From contig OZ024742.1 of NCBI GenBank assembly GCA_964016885.1, forward strand, positions 301,816,001-301,880,000: a stretch of 64,000 bases of DNA, given 5' to 3'. This DNA is from Eledone cirrhosa. Lineage: Eukaryota. The notes under the pieces are model-generated. The model did no database searches, was not told where the DNA came from, and worked only from the letters and a program-made list of their open reading frames with translations. The position numbers were made by a program, and so were the translations under genes. How positions within the stretch are numbered: position 1 is the stretch's first letter; each line of letters starts with the position of its first letter. Positions 35,201 to 47,832 of this stretch are shown in pieces.

Positions 35201-35827
35201 AGTAATATACGTGAACGACAAAGCATAAAGGAATTGAGAGAGAGACTGAGCATAAGAGGAATCAAATGCTGCGTGCAGGAGAGGCGGTTACGCTGGTATG
35301 GACATGTGATGCGTATGAAGGATGACAGCTGCATAAAAAGGTGCAGAGCACTAGAAGTTGATGGAAACCGCGGAGTGGGGAGACTCAAGATGACTTGGGA
35401 TGAGGTGATAAAAGCCGACCTTACCCAACTACACCTCTCAAAGTCAATGACACACGACCGTGATTTCTGGCGTCACGCAGTAATACAGGGTACCCGACCT
35501 CCCATGGGTACATGCTGAAGCATATAAACAATATGCCCCCCCCCCCCCTCCACCGCAAGGTGGCCGTGGAGGTGCCACGGCAAAAAAGCACCCAGCCCAC
35601 ACTGTAAAGTGGACGTGTAGGCGCCACGAAAAAGCACCCAGCACTCACTGTAAATGAGGTTGGTGTTAGGAAGGGCATCCAGCTGTAGAAATCAAGCCAA
35701 ATCAGTTCCTGTATGAGCAAGGCATGGTCAGCCGACCAGACACTGCCCACAACAGGACAACCCGTCTAACCCATGCTAGCGTGGAAGAACGGACGTAAAA
35801 CGGTGATGATGATGATGATGATGATGA
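32214..35827 (+). mobile_element. apparently full-length RTE LINE, family B
   Basis: ~185-bp leader, single uninterrupted ORF, ~300-bp 3' UTR, (GAT)n tail, TA repeats on both sides. Confidence 0.95.
32399..35518 (+). CDS. RTE polyprotein: APE endonuclease plus reverse transcriptase with internal PHD finger (1039 aa)
   Basis: APE motifs GTINV, VQETRW, GVGIL, SAYAPQ, AGDFNGHVG, SQLDFIL, SQHSLV; RT motifs [25 protein letters not shown]; C4HC3 at 34727-34858. Confidence 0.96.
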   Translation: MNLRATKHPREAPTQRPSPTSVDKCPKLRVGTINVGSMKGRAGEIVEMLERKEVDVCCVQETRWRGGSARVLVGKSQCYKFFWVGNDDGMGGVGILLADKWVDKVISVYRVNARIIKLRLVLNKTITTIISAYAPQSGLPDELKDRFYESLIHTTALTDDKDFLIIAGDFNGHVGKHCDGFNRVHGGHGVGTRNEEGFRLLEFCDANDMSICNTNFKKPDNHLITYRSGEHSSQLDFILIRGRDRWTVVNTKAFPSEECTSQHSLVVSDLTVRTRRALKQRPTWRRKIWKLKVPSTSNRFKDILLNAYDSKEEQIETFNVEENWEFLKNNLLEATDEVCGWSKTSSRRRVTWWWNNKVDEAVKAKRQAWKEWKNGGSRVHYIETKREARRQVYLARREAEDRKFKHVLQREDQKQEVFKIARQCVRDSCDVIGEKCIRNDKGELALTSAEKKDAWKSHYDRLLNEENAWEEETLPHVDPIEGPAVQVSGSVVSKAIRDMKIGKATGPSGIAAEMLKAFGSVGHTITTRIVNQVILEGAIPKDWCSSIIVNCYKGKGDALDRGNYRGIKLMDQVMKVTERVIAQLIRDRVNIDEMQFGFVPGKGTTDALFLVRQLQEKYLAKSKPLYLAFVDLEKAFDRVPRAVIWWALRKLGVDEWLVKAVQAMYRGAVSKVRIGNEYSEEFSVQVGVHQGSVLSPLLFIIVLQAITEEFKTGCPWELLYADDLALIAESMVELENKFQTWKQGLERKGLKVNMTKTKVLVSRRENRTQIPSGKWPCSVCRKGVGRNSILCPKCKQWVHKRCSGISGSLIKNIGFTCSSCAETASKQPQETSTTNLWEGPVETVDSFCYLGDRISNGGGCSESTITRVRTGWKKFRELLPLLAAKGFSLRMKGRLYDACIRTAMLHGSETWALKVEDLRRLERNEACMLRWMCNSNIRERQSIKELRERLSIRGIKCCVQERRLRWYGHVMRMKDDSCIKRCRALEVDGNRGVGRLKMTWDEVIKADLTQLHLSKSMTHDRDFWRHAVIQGTRPPMGTC

Positions 35828-35906
35828 TATATATATACATATACATATATATACATATATATACATATACATATATATACATATATATATATACATATAT
35901 ATATAC

Positions 35907-36015
<109 letters not shown>

Positions 36016-36056
36016 CATATATATACATATATATATATATACATATATATATATAC

Positions 36057-36127
<71 letters not shown>

Positions 36128-36161
36128 CATATATATATACATGTATATATATATACATATA

Positions 36162-38259
36162 GGAAAATCCTTATGAGACGTAGAACTAAATTCTCAAACC
36201 AGTTGAATAGTCAACAAAACAAAAACAAGAAGGAATCCTATTTGAAACGTGCACTACTTGACACCAAGATTGCACTCAAACTTTCCCATGACAATGAGAG
36301 GGCAAAGAAAGAGAACAGGGCCATAGAAAACATTAAAACAAACCCTAAGGCCTTCTTTAAATTTGCAAAAGAAACTGCCTCAGTACACTGCAAGATTGGG
36401 CCACTCTTCCACACGCACGGTTCATTAACCGAAAACCCCCAAGAGATATGTGAAATACTGAACGAACAGTACAAAAGTGTGTTCACATGTCCACTGAGGC
36501 ACATGCAAATAACGAAGCCAGAGGAGTTCTTTGATGCCACAACACTACATGAAGAAATGGCAACCATCAACCACATAGACATAACGGAGGAGGATGTGGT
36601 GTACGCCATTGATGAAATTAGAACAGACTCGGCTGCTGGACCCGATGGATTCCTAGCAGTTCTCTTAAAAATATGTAAGCGGACCTTAGCAACTCCACTG
36701 AAGATGCTCTTCAGAAGCTCCTTGGCTAGCGGTGTACTACCCAGGGAGCTGAAAGAAGGCACAATATGCCCTATCCATAAAGGAGGTAGCAGAGCGGAGG
36801 CCAAAAACTATAGGCCGCATATCAGTAAGGTCATGGAGCAAGTCGTCAGAAAGAAACAGATTACTTTCCTCGAGGAAAATGACCGCCTAACTAGCACGCA
36901 ACATGGTTTCCGCCCAGGAAGAAGCTGCCTTACACAGCTGCTACATCACTACGACTGGGTACTGAGACAACTACTAGACAGCTCACATGTGGACGTGATA
37001 TATCTTGAATTTTGACAAGGTCGACCACGGAATGATATGTCACAAACTACACGGACTCGGCATAACTGGAAAAGTAGGTGAGTGGCTGCATGGCTTCCTA
37101 AGGAACAGAAGCCAGGCAGTCGCAGCAAATGGGGCCCTCTCAAAGGAAACACCAATAACAAGTGGAGTGCCCCAGGGGACAGTCCTGGGACCACTACTGT
37201 TTTTGGTGGCTCTCTCAGACATGCCCTCTGTAGTGCATACAACAACATCCCTCACTAGCTATGCTGATGACACTAAGGTAGCACAGGCAATCAGAAACCC
37301 GGCTGACGCTGCCCTTTTACAGCAGGATCTGGATGCCATATACAAATGGGCGGAAGAAAACAACATGCAGTTTAATGCTGGCAAATTCCAAGCCCTACAA
37401 TACAAACCTCCAAACAAACCTGCAAACACAAATATAGTGGAACACAACTACACAGGACCAGGAGGGACCGATATCCCCGTGTCAAAATCGATACGAGACC
37501 TGGGCATAGACATGAGCGATGATGCATCTTTTTCTTCACACATCATGAAGGTGGCGACAGCATGTAGACGATTCGCTGGCTGGATCTTGAGGACTTTCCG
37601 AACAAGAGATCGAGACACCATGTTGACACTATGGAGGACATTTGTCCTAAGCCGCCTGGACTATTGCTTCCAGTTGTGGTCACCCCATAGTGTCAAACTA
37701 ACCACGGAGCTTGAGGCAATCCAGCGAAGCTACACCAAGAGGATTGCCAAGATGAGGGAGACAAGCTACTGGGAGAGGCTAAAGGAACTGAACCTCTACT
37801 CCTTGGAGCGAAGACGGGGGAGATACGCAGTGATCTACATGTGGAAAATCCTGGAGAGACTAGCACCAAACTTTGGCATTGGGAGCTGGACCAACCGTTG
37901 AACAGGACGTCACTGTGTGGTGCCAAAGGTCCCGTCTTCCACAACCAGAATAAGGAGCAGGTATTGCAATAGCCTGGGATTCAAGGGCACTCAACTCTTC
38001 AATATGCTGCCCAGGGATCTGAGAGACTTGCATGACGTGGAGGTGGATGTCTTCAAGAAACATCTCGACACCTTGTTATCCAGGATCCCGGATGAGCCCA
38101 CAGCAAGACACAAGGGAAACCTAAGGGCAGCAGCAACAAACTCCCTCTTACACCAGTGGCCAACCTATACAGGCTGGCGATAAAATGTGTAGCAACAAGG
38201 GCGGTGCCCCAGCATGGCCTCAGCCGGATGGCTGAAACAGGTAAAAGAGTAAAAGAGAA
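36162..38259 (+). mobile_element. 5'-truncated, frameshifted CR1/Jockey-group LINE (ORF2 RT)
   Basis: [33 protein letters not shown] (frameshift ~37010), GVPQGTVLGPLLFL, YADDTK, DLGI, LYSLERRR; stop at 37899; (GTAAAAGA)n tail. Confidence 0.92.
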
Positions 38260-38262
38260 TAT

Positions 38263-38295
<33 letters not shown>

Positions 38296-38440
38296 TATAT
38301 ATATACATATATATATACATATATATCTATATACATATATATATATACATATATATATATACATATATATATATACATATATATCTATATACATATATAT
38401 ATACATATATATATATATACATATATATACATATATATAC

Positions 38441-38471
<31 letters not shown>

Positions 38472-38652
38472 CATATATATACATATATATATACATATAT
38501 ATATATATACATGCATATATATACATACATATATATACATATATATACATATATATATATATACATATATATATATACATATATATATATACATATATAT
38601 ATACATACATATATATATACATATATATATATACATATATATATATACATAC

Positions 38653-38686
<34 letters not shown>

Positions 38687-39249
38687 GTGTATATATATAT
38701 ATATATGTGTATATATGTATATATATATATGTGTATATATGTATATATATATATGTGTATATATGTATATATATATATGTGTATATATGTATATATATAT
38801 ATGTGTATATATGTATATATATATATGTGTATATATGTATATATATATATGTGTATATATGTATATATATATATGTGTATATATGTATATATATATATGT
38901 GTATATATGTATATATATATATGTGTATATATGTATATATATATATGTGTATATATGTATATATATATATGTGTATATATGTATATATATATATATGTGT
39001 ATATATGTATATATATATATATGTGTATATATGTATATATATATATATGTGTATGTATATATATATATATGTGTATATATGTATATATATATATGTGTAT
39101 ATATGTATATATATATATGTGTATATATGTATATATATATATGTGTATATATGTATATATATGTGTATATATGTGTATATATGTGTATATATGTATATAT
39201 ATGTGTTTATATGTGTATATATATGTATATATATGTATGTATATGTATG

Positions 39250-39280
<31 letters not shown>

Positions 39281-39281
39281 G

Positions 39282-40732
39282 TTGTATTCTGGTGGGCTCT
39301 TAGAAAACTAGGAGTACATGAATGGCTTGTAAAAGCTGTACAAGCCATGTATAGGGGAGCAGTCAGCAAAGTTAGGATTAGCAATGAGTATAGCGAGGAA
39401 TTTAGCGTACAGGTTGGTGTCCACCAGGGCTCTGTTCTTAGCCCTCTCCTGTTCATCATAGTCCTGCAGGCAATAACGGAGGAGTTTAAGACCAGATGCC
39501 CATGGGAACTCCTGCATGCTGATGACCTTGCACTTATAGCTGAATCTATGGTAGAACTAGAGAAGAAATTCCAAACTTGGAAGCAGGGACTAGAAAAAAA
39601 GGGTCTCAAAGTCAACATGACAAAGACTAAGGTCCTTGTAAGTAGACATGAAAACAGAACCCAGATCCCCTCAGGGAAATGGCCTTGCTTAGTATGTAGG
39701 AAAGGTGTAGGTAGGAACTCCATTCTCTGCCCCAAATGCAAACAATGGGTACACAAGAGATGTAGCGGGATCTCAGGAAGCTTAATTAAGAATGTAGGCT
39801 TCACATGCAGCAGCTGTACTGGGACAGCAAGCAGCAAACAGCCACAGGAAACAAGTACCACCAATCTCTGGGAGGGTTCTGCTACCTAAGTGACTGAATT
39901 AGCAGCGGAGGTGGGTGTTCAGAAAGTACAATAACTAGGGTAAGAACGGGATGGAAGAAGTTCAGGGAACTACTGCTAGCTGCAAAAGGCTTCTCCCTCA
40001 AAATGAAAGGCAGACTGTATGATGTGTGTATCTGAACAGCGATGTTGCATGGTAGTGAGACCTGGGCGCTGAAGGTGGAAGACTTACGTAGATTAGAGAG
40101 AAACGAAGCCTGCATGCTCCGATGGATGTGTAATAGTAATATACGCGAACGACAAAGCATAAATGAATTGAGAGAGAGACTGAGCATAAGAGGAATCAAA
40201 TGCTGTGTGCAGGAGAGGCGGTTGCGTTGGTATGGACATGTGATGCGTATGAAGGATGACTGCTGCATAAAAAGGTGCAGAGCACTAGAAGTCGATGGAA
40301 ACCGCGGAGTGGGGAGACCCAAGATGACCTGGGATGAGGTGATAAAAGCCGACCTTACCCAATTACACCTCTCAAAGGCCGTGACCTCTGGCGTCACGCA
40401 GTAATAGAGAGTACCCGACCTCCCATGGGTACAAGCTGAAGCATATGGACATTATGCCCCCACACCCTCCCACTGCATGGTGGTCGTGGAGGTGCCACGG
40501 GAAAAAAGCACGCAGCCCACACTGTAAAGTGGACGTGTAGACGCCACGAAAAAGCACACAGCACTCACTGTAAATGAGGTTGGTGTTAGAAAGGTCATCC
40601 AGCTGTAGAAATCATGCCAAATCAGTTCCTGTATGAGCAAGGCATGGTCAGCCAACCAAACACTGCCCACAACAGAACAACCCATCTAACCCATGCTAGC
40701 ATGGAAGAACGGACGTAAAACGGTGATGATGA
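39282..40732 (+). mobile_element. degenerate 3' half of RTE family B
   Basis: Aligns to 34330-35820 with small deletions and stops; YADD changed to HADD. Confidence 0.93.
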
Positions 40733-40781
40733 TATATATATACATACACACATATATATATATATATACATACACACACAC

Positions 40782-40831
<50 letters not shown>

Positions 40832-41164
40832 CATATATATATATAAACATACACACATATATATATATATATATATTACATATATATATATAAACATACA
40901 CACATATATATATATATATATATTACATATATATATATAAACATACACACATATATATATATATATATATTACATATATATATAAACATACACATATATA
41001 TATATATATATATATACATACATATATATATATAAACATACACACATATATATATATACATACATATATATATATAAACATACACACATATATATACATA
41101 CATATATATATATAAACATGCACACATATATATATACATACACATATATATATATACATATATA

Positions 41165-41606
41165 TAACAAATGGAAACTATATTTATAAAACCATATTTA
41201 TTTCATTATACATATTTCAAGGACACCAAGTTAAATTATGGTGTGCTTTCATCAGATAAAATATAATATAGAGCAGTTTTATAAATAAATATTGACATAC
41301 CCTTAAAGAATGGAACCATTACTGTTGGAAGCTCCCGGATAGTCATTCAACAGTAATGGTTGCATTCTTTAAGGGTATGTTAATATTTATTTATAAAACT
41401 GCTCTATATTATATTTTATCTGATGAAAGCACACCATAATTTAACTTGGTCTCCTTGAAATATGTATAATGAAATAAATATGGTTTTATAAATATAGTTT
41501 CCATTTGTTAATATCGTATTTTTACTCCAAATATTTATTGAGTGCTTTATATCAGTTATAAAAATATTTGCTTGTTGTATCCCAACAATTTAAATAGAAC
41601 TTTTAC
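41165..41606 (+). mobile_element. palindromic hammerhead-bearing element: 165-bp inverted arms (41165-41329 and 41346-41510) plus ~95-bp tail
   Basis: Arms are near-perfect reverse complements; flanked by TA repeats; tail contains TTGAGTGCTT shared with the 54-kb element. Confidence 0.85.
41412..41476 (+). ncRNA. type I hammerhead ribozyme (mirror copy on minus strand at 41199-41263)
   Basis: TATTTTAT-CTGATGA-AAGCACACCA...TGGTCTCCTT-GAAA-TATGTA-TA^-ATGAAATA. Confidence 0.82.
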
Positions 41607-41625
41607 ATACATATATATATATATT

Positions 41626-41966
41626 TCATTTCATTTTCATTTTACGTTCGCTTTTTCCCTGCTTGCAAGGGTGAGACGGGAACTGATTCTGGCTTGATTT
41701 CTACAGCTGGATGCCCTTCCTAACACCAACCTCATTTAGAGTGAGTGCTGGGTGCTTTTTTTTGCCGTGGCACCTACACGACCACTTTGCAGTGGAATGA
41801 TATGGACCCCAGTCCCTATCATCTCATTTCTACAGCTGAGTAAACTGGAGCAATGTGAAATAAAGTGTCTTGCTCAAGGAAATAACACATCACCCGGTCT
41901 GAGAATTGAACTCACAACCTTTCGATTGCAAGGCCAATGCTCTAACCACTAAGCCATGTGCCTCCA
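41626..41966 (-). mobile_element. CORE-like SINE with RTE tail (same family as 6822)
   Basis: Close reverse complement of 6822-7145. Confidence 0.88.
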
Positions 41967-41988
41967 TATATATATATACATACATATG

Positions 41989-42024
<36 letters not shown>

Positions 42025-42117
42025 CATACATATGTATATATATATATACATACATATGTATATATATATATACATACATATGTATATATATATATATACA
42101 TATGTATATATATATAC

Positions 42118-42172
<55 letters not shown>

Positions 42173-42176
<4 letters not shown>

Positions 42177-43607
42177 ATCAAAAGATGGTTAAAGAGTTCC
42201 ATGTATTTTATTATGCGCATTTCAAAAACAAATATCATCATGCGATGACATTTGCGTTTTTGTCAGATAAAATAGGGAGACATGACATGAAGGTTAAAAA
42301 AACTTGTGAATAGTGCAGTTTCAAATCAACATATGAAAAGTAGTTTTAGATTGATGTGTGATATTGGTGGGAAAAAAAAAAGGAAAAAAATTGAGGGGGG
42401 GGGGTCTTGGAAAGGATGAAAAAGAGGAGGAGATGAGAGTAAAGAATGGAGGGGGAGGAGTGTAATAAGGAAGGATGAGATAGGAGGAGAGATGGGTGAT
42501 AGAGAGAGAGAGATAGCTTTTATAACTGAGAAAAATATATTGTTTTACATTGAGAGGTTAAAAAACCGTTGGAAGATAATATATAAATTAAAAGAATTTG
42601 AAAATTAACGAAGAGAAAAATTTAAGAATAATGTTAAATTAAGGTTTGTATATTGAAGGGTTTAATAATATGTGCAATGAAAAGAAATTGTTAATATGTA
42701 TTAGGAATAATATTTAAGGGTTTAATAATATGTGCGATGGAAAGAAATTGTTATGTATTATTAAAAATATAAAAATATAACAATAGTAATGTAATTAAGG
42801 ATATATTGTGAAAAGAAGTAGAAGAGTGGATGAATATGTGTAATATGTATGAAAGGGAGAAAAAAAATAATGAATTGAGGATGAATAATCTAACGTCAAA
42901 AAAATATTTATGTTTACGAAGGATTTTTCAAGGTGATATTATAAAGTATTTAAAAGGGTAAGGATATATTGTGGTGAGTAATAATGAGAATTGAGAAGTA
43001 TCTAGGAAGAAAAGGTACAGATTAGAGGTTAGAAATTAAAATAAAAAAGGAAAAAAAGGAAGAAAGCGAAGTGATAAATAGGAGTGATATAGAATGAGAA
43101 ACTAGTATTATATAATGTATAATAAATAGCATTGAAATAAGGTAGAAAGATGGGTATATTTTTAAAGAAATATATATGTATATATATATGTGCCTTTGAG
43201 AAAAGGATTTTAAAATGGTAAAGTATTAGATATTAGCTGTATACTTTATGAAATGTTCTGTGGAATTTATGCAAGAATTTATGAGAGAAAACAAGTCAGT
43301 GCGTCTATTTATTATAGAATCTAAATTAGATATAATGGTAAATTTCTCACATAAACAGATATTACATGTCTTGGATAGAGAACCATTCAAGTATGGAGAA
43401 GCAGAACAAACCTTCCTCCAAGAGTTGCTATAGTTAATATTTTTGTCTTTCAAGGACCATATGAGTTCTGAGAGTGCCGTGTTGGTTCTTTTAAGTTGGT
43501 ATTTAAAAGACGAATGATGATTATAAAGACACACTTTAAAGGAGGTGGAAGTGGAGCCAAAATAGGTAAAGGAATTGATGTCAGTTATAACTTTACATTC
43601 GTAGATT
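42173..43607 (-). mobile_element. 5'-truncated Penelope-like element (GIY-YIG remnant 43226-43607, pyrimidine-rich 3' region, terminal hammerhead)
   Basis: IIYECKV...[21 protein letters not shown]...[11 protein letters not shown]...CNICLCEK...INRR, homologous to the 8676 domain. Confidence 0.85.
42204..42274 (-). ncRNA. type I hammerhead with one core mutation (CUGACAA)
   Basis: Minus strand TATTTTAT-CTGACAA-AAACGCAAATGTCATC(GCAT)GATGATATTTGTTTTT-GAAA-TGCGCA-TA^-ATAAAATA. Confidence 0.75.
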
Positions 43608-43661
43608 ATATATATATATATACATACATATATATATATACATACATATATATATATACAT

Positions 43662-43712
<51 letters not shown>

Positions 43713-43853
43713 CACACATATATATATATACATACACATATATATATATACATACACATATATATATACATATATATATATATATTCATACACATATATA
43801 TATATATACATACACATATATATATATATACCTATATATATATAAATACACAC

Positions 43854-43886
<33 letters not shown>

Positions 43887-44499
43887 AATATATATATATA
43901 CATATATATATATACATATATATACATATATACATACATTCATACACACACACATATATATGCACATAAACACACACACATATGTGTGTGTTAATGTGGT
44001 TGGTGTTGGGAAGGGCAGCCAACAGTAAAACAAAAACAACCAAAATACAGTTCTATTTGAGCAAGGTACGGCACGGCCAACTGGCCAGACTTGTCTCCTA
44101 ATGTGGACGCTCCGTCTAACCAATTCAAGGCTGTAAAATAGATGATAATGATGATGATGATGGTGATGATATATATACTTTAGTAAATCTAATTTGGTTG
44201 TAAATTTATTTAAGTTGTTCATGCCAGAGAGCTTGTTTTATTGATTTAGATTGTTATTTTAAAAGATCTCTGGGAATAACAATGTTTTATTTTCTGTGAC
44301 AAACTGCATGAAGCTACAGGGTTTCTTAAGAAGACGAATATCTGTAAATATTAACTTTTTCTGACATTATTTCTTTTCACTCAGTGAGGCCTTCATAGGG
44401 ATTCTTCCAGTTGATCATTTGAAATGCATACAAACACAATTTATATAAAAAAAAAGAGGAGAAAAATATTTTTAAAAGTGGGAGAAAATAGCTCAGATA

Positions 44500-44752
44500 C
44501 TATGGGCATGTGGTTAGAATGTCTCAGGAAAAAAATCACTGGACAGATTTTATGGGCAAAACCAACCGACAAGAGACCCAGGGGTAGACCCTGAGCAAGA
44601 TGGTTGGATAACATCCATGAGCTTGGCTGGTCACGCTTGAGGATCAAGCCAGATTAGTTGGAGACGGTAGCTTCTGACAGAATCCGCTGGAAAGATTGTT
44701 TGAGGACTCTGCCCCCCACGATCCTTTCAGGAAAAAGTGGGCGAAGAAGAAG
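44500..44752 (+). mobile_element. decayed 3' end of another RTE-like LINE
   Basis: QILWAKPTDKRPRGRP*ARWLDNI...ASDRIRWK; short (GAA)n tail. Confidence 0.7.
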
Positions 44753-44819
44753 GGAGAAAATAGGTACACTGAATCACACACCACAAGGGGCGCTGTAGTT
44801 TCCTTATAATTTATTGAGA

Positions 44820-45560
44820 AAAGTCAACACACTAATAGCATTGCCATGCGTGATAGCAAGGTTAAGTTGCTGGAATAACTAAGCACCCTGATGGGCATCA
44901 CTTGATATGTTGGAAAGGCTAGCTGCCAACAATGACAAGAACCCCATTATTAGAGGTTCAGCTATGATGGGCTGAGAAATATTTTGCCTATAATTCTTGA
45001 TATATTATAATTCTTTTTCATTCTGCTATGAATGCAGTGACTATCACATTAGCCACAGAATCTAAGATGTGGGAAGAGACAACAGAGTTGCTAACTGTCG
45101 TGTTATAAATGAGACATCTTATATCTTACCCATGGACTAAGGGAAAGACCAGCTAGCCTCTTCTGATCAACATTGGACGATCTGACTGGTTCCAGTGTTG
45201 AGAACATATTTACTTGAGCTAGGGCCTGCTTTGATAATTTGGTTCAGTTTGATAGGGCAAGCAAAGCGACTTGCATTCGGATGGCAGAACAATCCATGAA
45301 AACCCGTGGAGTCATGGAGCCTGCCACAAATGACATTCCAATCCACAGATATTGTCTCCAACTCTGAGAGCAATGGAAATGCAGAGCTCATCCAAACTGA
45401 ATAGGTCACCAATGTTGGTTATATGCAAAACATCAACCCAGTCCTCTGAGAATTTGGCATTCACAGAAAGTAGGTGGCACCTTGAGAATTGATCAGATTG
45501 ATCAAATGGAAAGTTAAAAGTATCCCTTGTCCCAAATTCTCTGTTTCAATTTATCCTTCT
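44820..45560 (-). mobile_element. decayed CRE-clade non-LTR retroelement (zinc knuckle plus restriction-like endonuclease)
   Basis: Across frameshifts: ELCISIALRVG..ICGRLHDSTGFHGLFC...LNQII..LEP...DQKRLAGLSLSPW..AE*KRIIIYQEL, resembling the CRE pattern CxCG..D..G.H...C..RH..LEP..KRPDG..PW. Confidence 0.65.
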
Positions 45561-46000
45561 CTGATTCAGAAATTAACAAACCCGACTCCTGCCACTGTCA
45601 AAGTTCACCAACTATATTTGTTGTGAAACCTAGCTTAAGTTAGTTTATATAAACACTTTAGTATATTGATTAATAGATAATTCAACCCTGCTAACAGGGA
45701 AAGTGGACATTAAACGATGACGATGATATTGTATAAAGTATAACCACTATGTTAGTATCAGTTTGTATATTGCACAGCTTTGAAAAGATTTAAATGAAAA
45801 AAACTCCACACTGAATATTTAACAAAGTTAAATAATTGTATAAATAGTCTACTTGAAGTTTCAAGTGGGCAATTGATTACTTCTTTTTATCTTCTGGTTG
45901 TGAGTATATATCTTGTTTTTAACAGTCACTCCTTATCACAGCATAACAATCTATTTCTCTTGGACTACTTCTGTCATCCATCATAAAAGTTATATTATAT

Positions 46001-46240
46001 GAGGGACTGTTCCTAATAAAGGTTATGTCTGAGAGACTGTTCCAAATAAAGGTTACTTATGAGGGACTCCTCCAAATAAAGGCTACGGTATGTATCAGGG
46101 ACTGTTCCAAATAAAGTTTATGTACGAGGGACTGTTCCAAATAAAGGTTATGTATGAGGGACTGCTCTAAATCTATTTCTCCCGCAGTCTAATTCTGTCT
46201 TCCACCATAAAGGTTATGTATAAGGAACTGCTCCAAATCT
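46001..46240. repeat. ~29-bp minisatellite
   Basis: ATAAAGGTTATGTATGAGGGACTGTTCCAA, about 7 degenerate copies. Confidence 0.85.
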
Positions 46241-46484
46241 GTTTATTTATAATAAATTCTACTATCACCTCTGCTTTCTCTGAAATATGAACTCACTCAG
46301 ACTGTGACATTCTATTCAACCTATAACAGCATGGAAAGTAGAACTAATGATGATGATAAATACATTTAGTTTTGTGATATAGAAATGAGCTAAAGACTGA
46401 TTAAACACCTATCTTACCTTCAAATGAAATATAATTTTTAGAATTCTAAGAGACTAATGTTCAATTTATTCTACTATGGTATAA

Positions 46485-46600
46485 TAATAATAAAATTATT
46501 GTGTACAGTGCTCAGGTGCACTACAACTCATCAAAGGTGCATGTATAGTACATAGAATAATGTACAAATGTCAGAAAAATGAACAGTGTACGAGTCATGA
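46485..46600 (-). mobile_element. CR1-group LINE 3' tail fragment
   Basis: Reverse complement of ~55365-55480. Confidence 0.7.
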
Positions 46601-46722
46601 TATAATAACAATAATGTTGTCTGCTATTCAGTGATTGTAGCTCAGATGTTCCTATTTGCTGTACATTTTCAACTGTTAATATATTCTTTATACGTAACAC
46701 AATTTGTCTTAGTACACTCATT

Positions 46723-46810
46723 CACACACTGACACACACTGACACACACTGACACACACTGACACACACTGACACACACTGACACACACTGACACACACT
46801 GACACACACT

Positions 46811-46872
<62 letters not shown>
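46723..46872. repeat. (GACACACACT)n followed by (CA)n
   Basis: Direct inspection. Confidence 0.95.
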
Positions 46873-46873
<1 letters not shown>

Positions 46874-46884
46874 TAGGTACATAC

Positions 46885-47040
46885 ATGACTGTGTGGTTAA
46901 GAAATTCACTTAGGAAACAGGTGGTTTGGAGTTCAATCCCAGAGTGTGGAACCTTGGGCAAGTGTTTTCTCCACTATAACCTCAAGCCAACCAATGCTTT
47001 GTGAGTGAATTTGGTAGACAGTAACTGTAGGGAGCTCATT
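46885..47040 (+). mobile_element. degenerate tRNA-derived SINE, third family
   Basis: TGTGTGGTTAAG, B box GAGTTCAATCCC, ACCTTGGGCAAGTG, TTGTGAGTGAATTTGGTAGAC; relatives at 2343, 59510, 61980. Confidence 0.65.
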
Positions 47041-47257
47041 GGATATATATATATATATATACAGAGAGAGAGAGTCTGTGGTGCTGAGATCAGGAAGTTC
47101 ACTTATCATGTGAGTACTCAATGTATGGGGAGATGCAGAGTGGATTTAGAGATATGTAAAGTCCCAACTGTGGCACCAAATGGTTTTGGCTTGTGTATTT
47201 ATCAAGGTTTGCTGAACACAAGCTGAAACTGCTTGGCACCGCAGTTGGAATTTTATG

Positions 47258-47398
<141 letters not shown>

Positions 47399-47646
47399 GG
47401 AGCTACTCACCTCTCATGTGGACTGGGGCAGGGCACATCTCACTCACATGTTCCCACATTCTATAGAGAGCACTGAATGCTTTTTTATTTTGAACCCCAA
47501 CACTAGAGAGTTTGTCGTGTCTTTGACATAATTGAAGACTCCTCTTGACCCTTGTTTGGCAAGTTTTCTATGGCTGGATACCCTTCTTATCTCCAACTAC
47601 TTTACAGAGTGTACTGGGTGTATCTATCCTGTCACCAACACTAGAC

Positions 47647-47832
47647 AATAATAATTGTTTTTACTTTTGGCACAAGGCCAGCAATTATCCCAGTGTATTA
47701 CTGGTACTTTATTTTATTGACCCCGTAAGGATGAAAGGCAAAGTTAACCTCGGCGGGATTTGAACTCAATCCGTAAAGGGACGTAACTGTGCTGCAAAGC
47801 ATGGCGTCCGACCCTCTACCGATACTGCCAAT
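47647..47832 (-). mobile_element. Meta-like tRNA SINE
   Basis: Homologous to 7187-7390; minus strand GAGTTCAAATCCCGCCGAGGTTAACTTTGCCTTTCATCC. Confidence 0.8.

Noticed and set aside
34273-35388. Antisense ORFs over RTE sequence (also 10826-12733, 28550-29194)
   Set aside because: Shadow frames of the RT coding strand.
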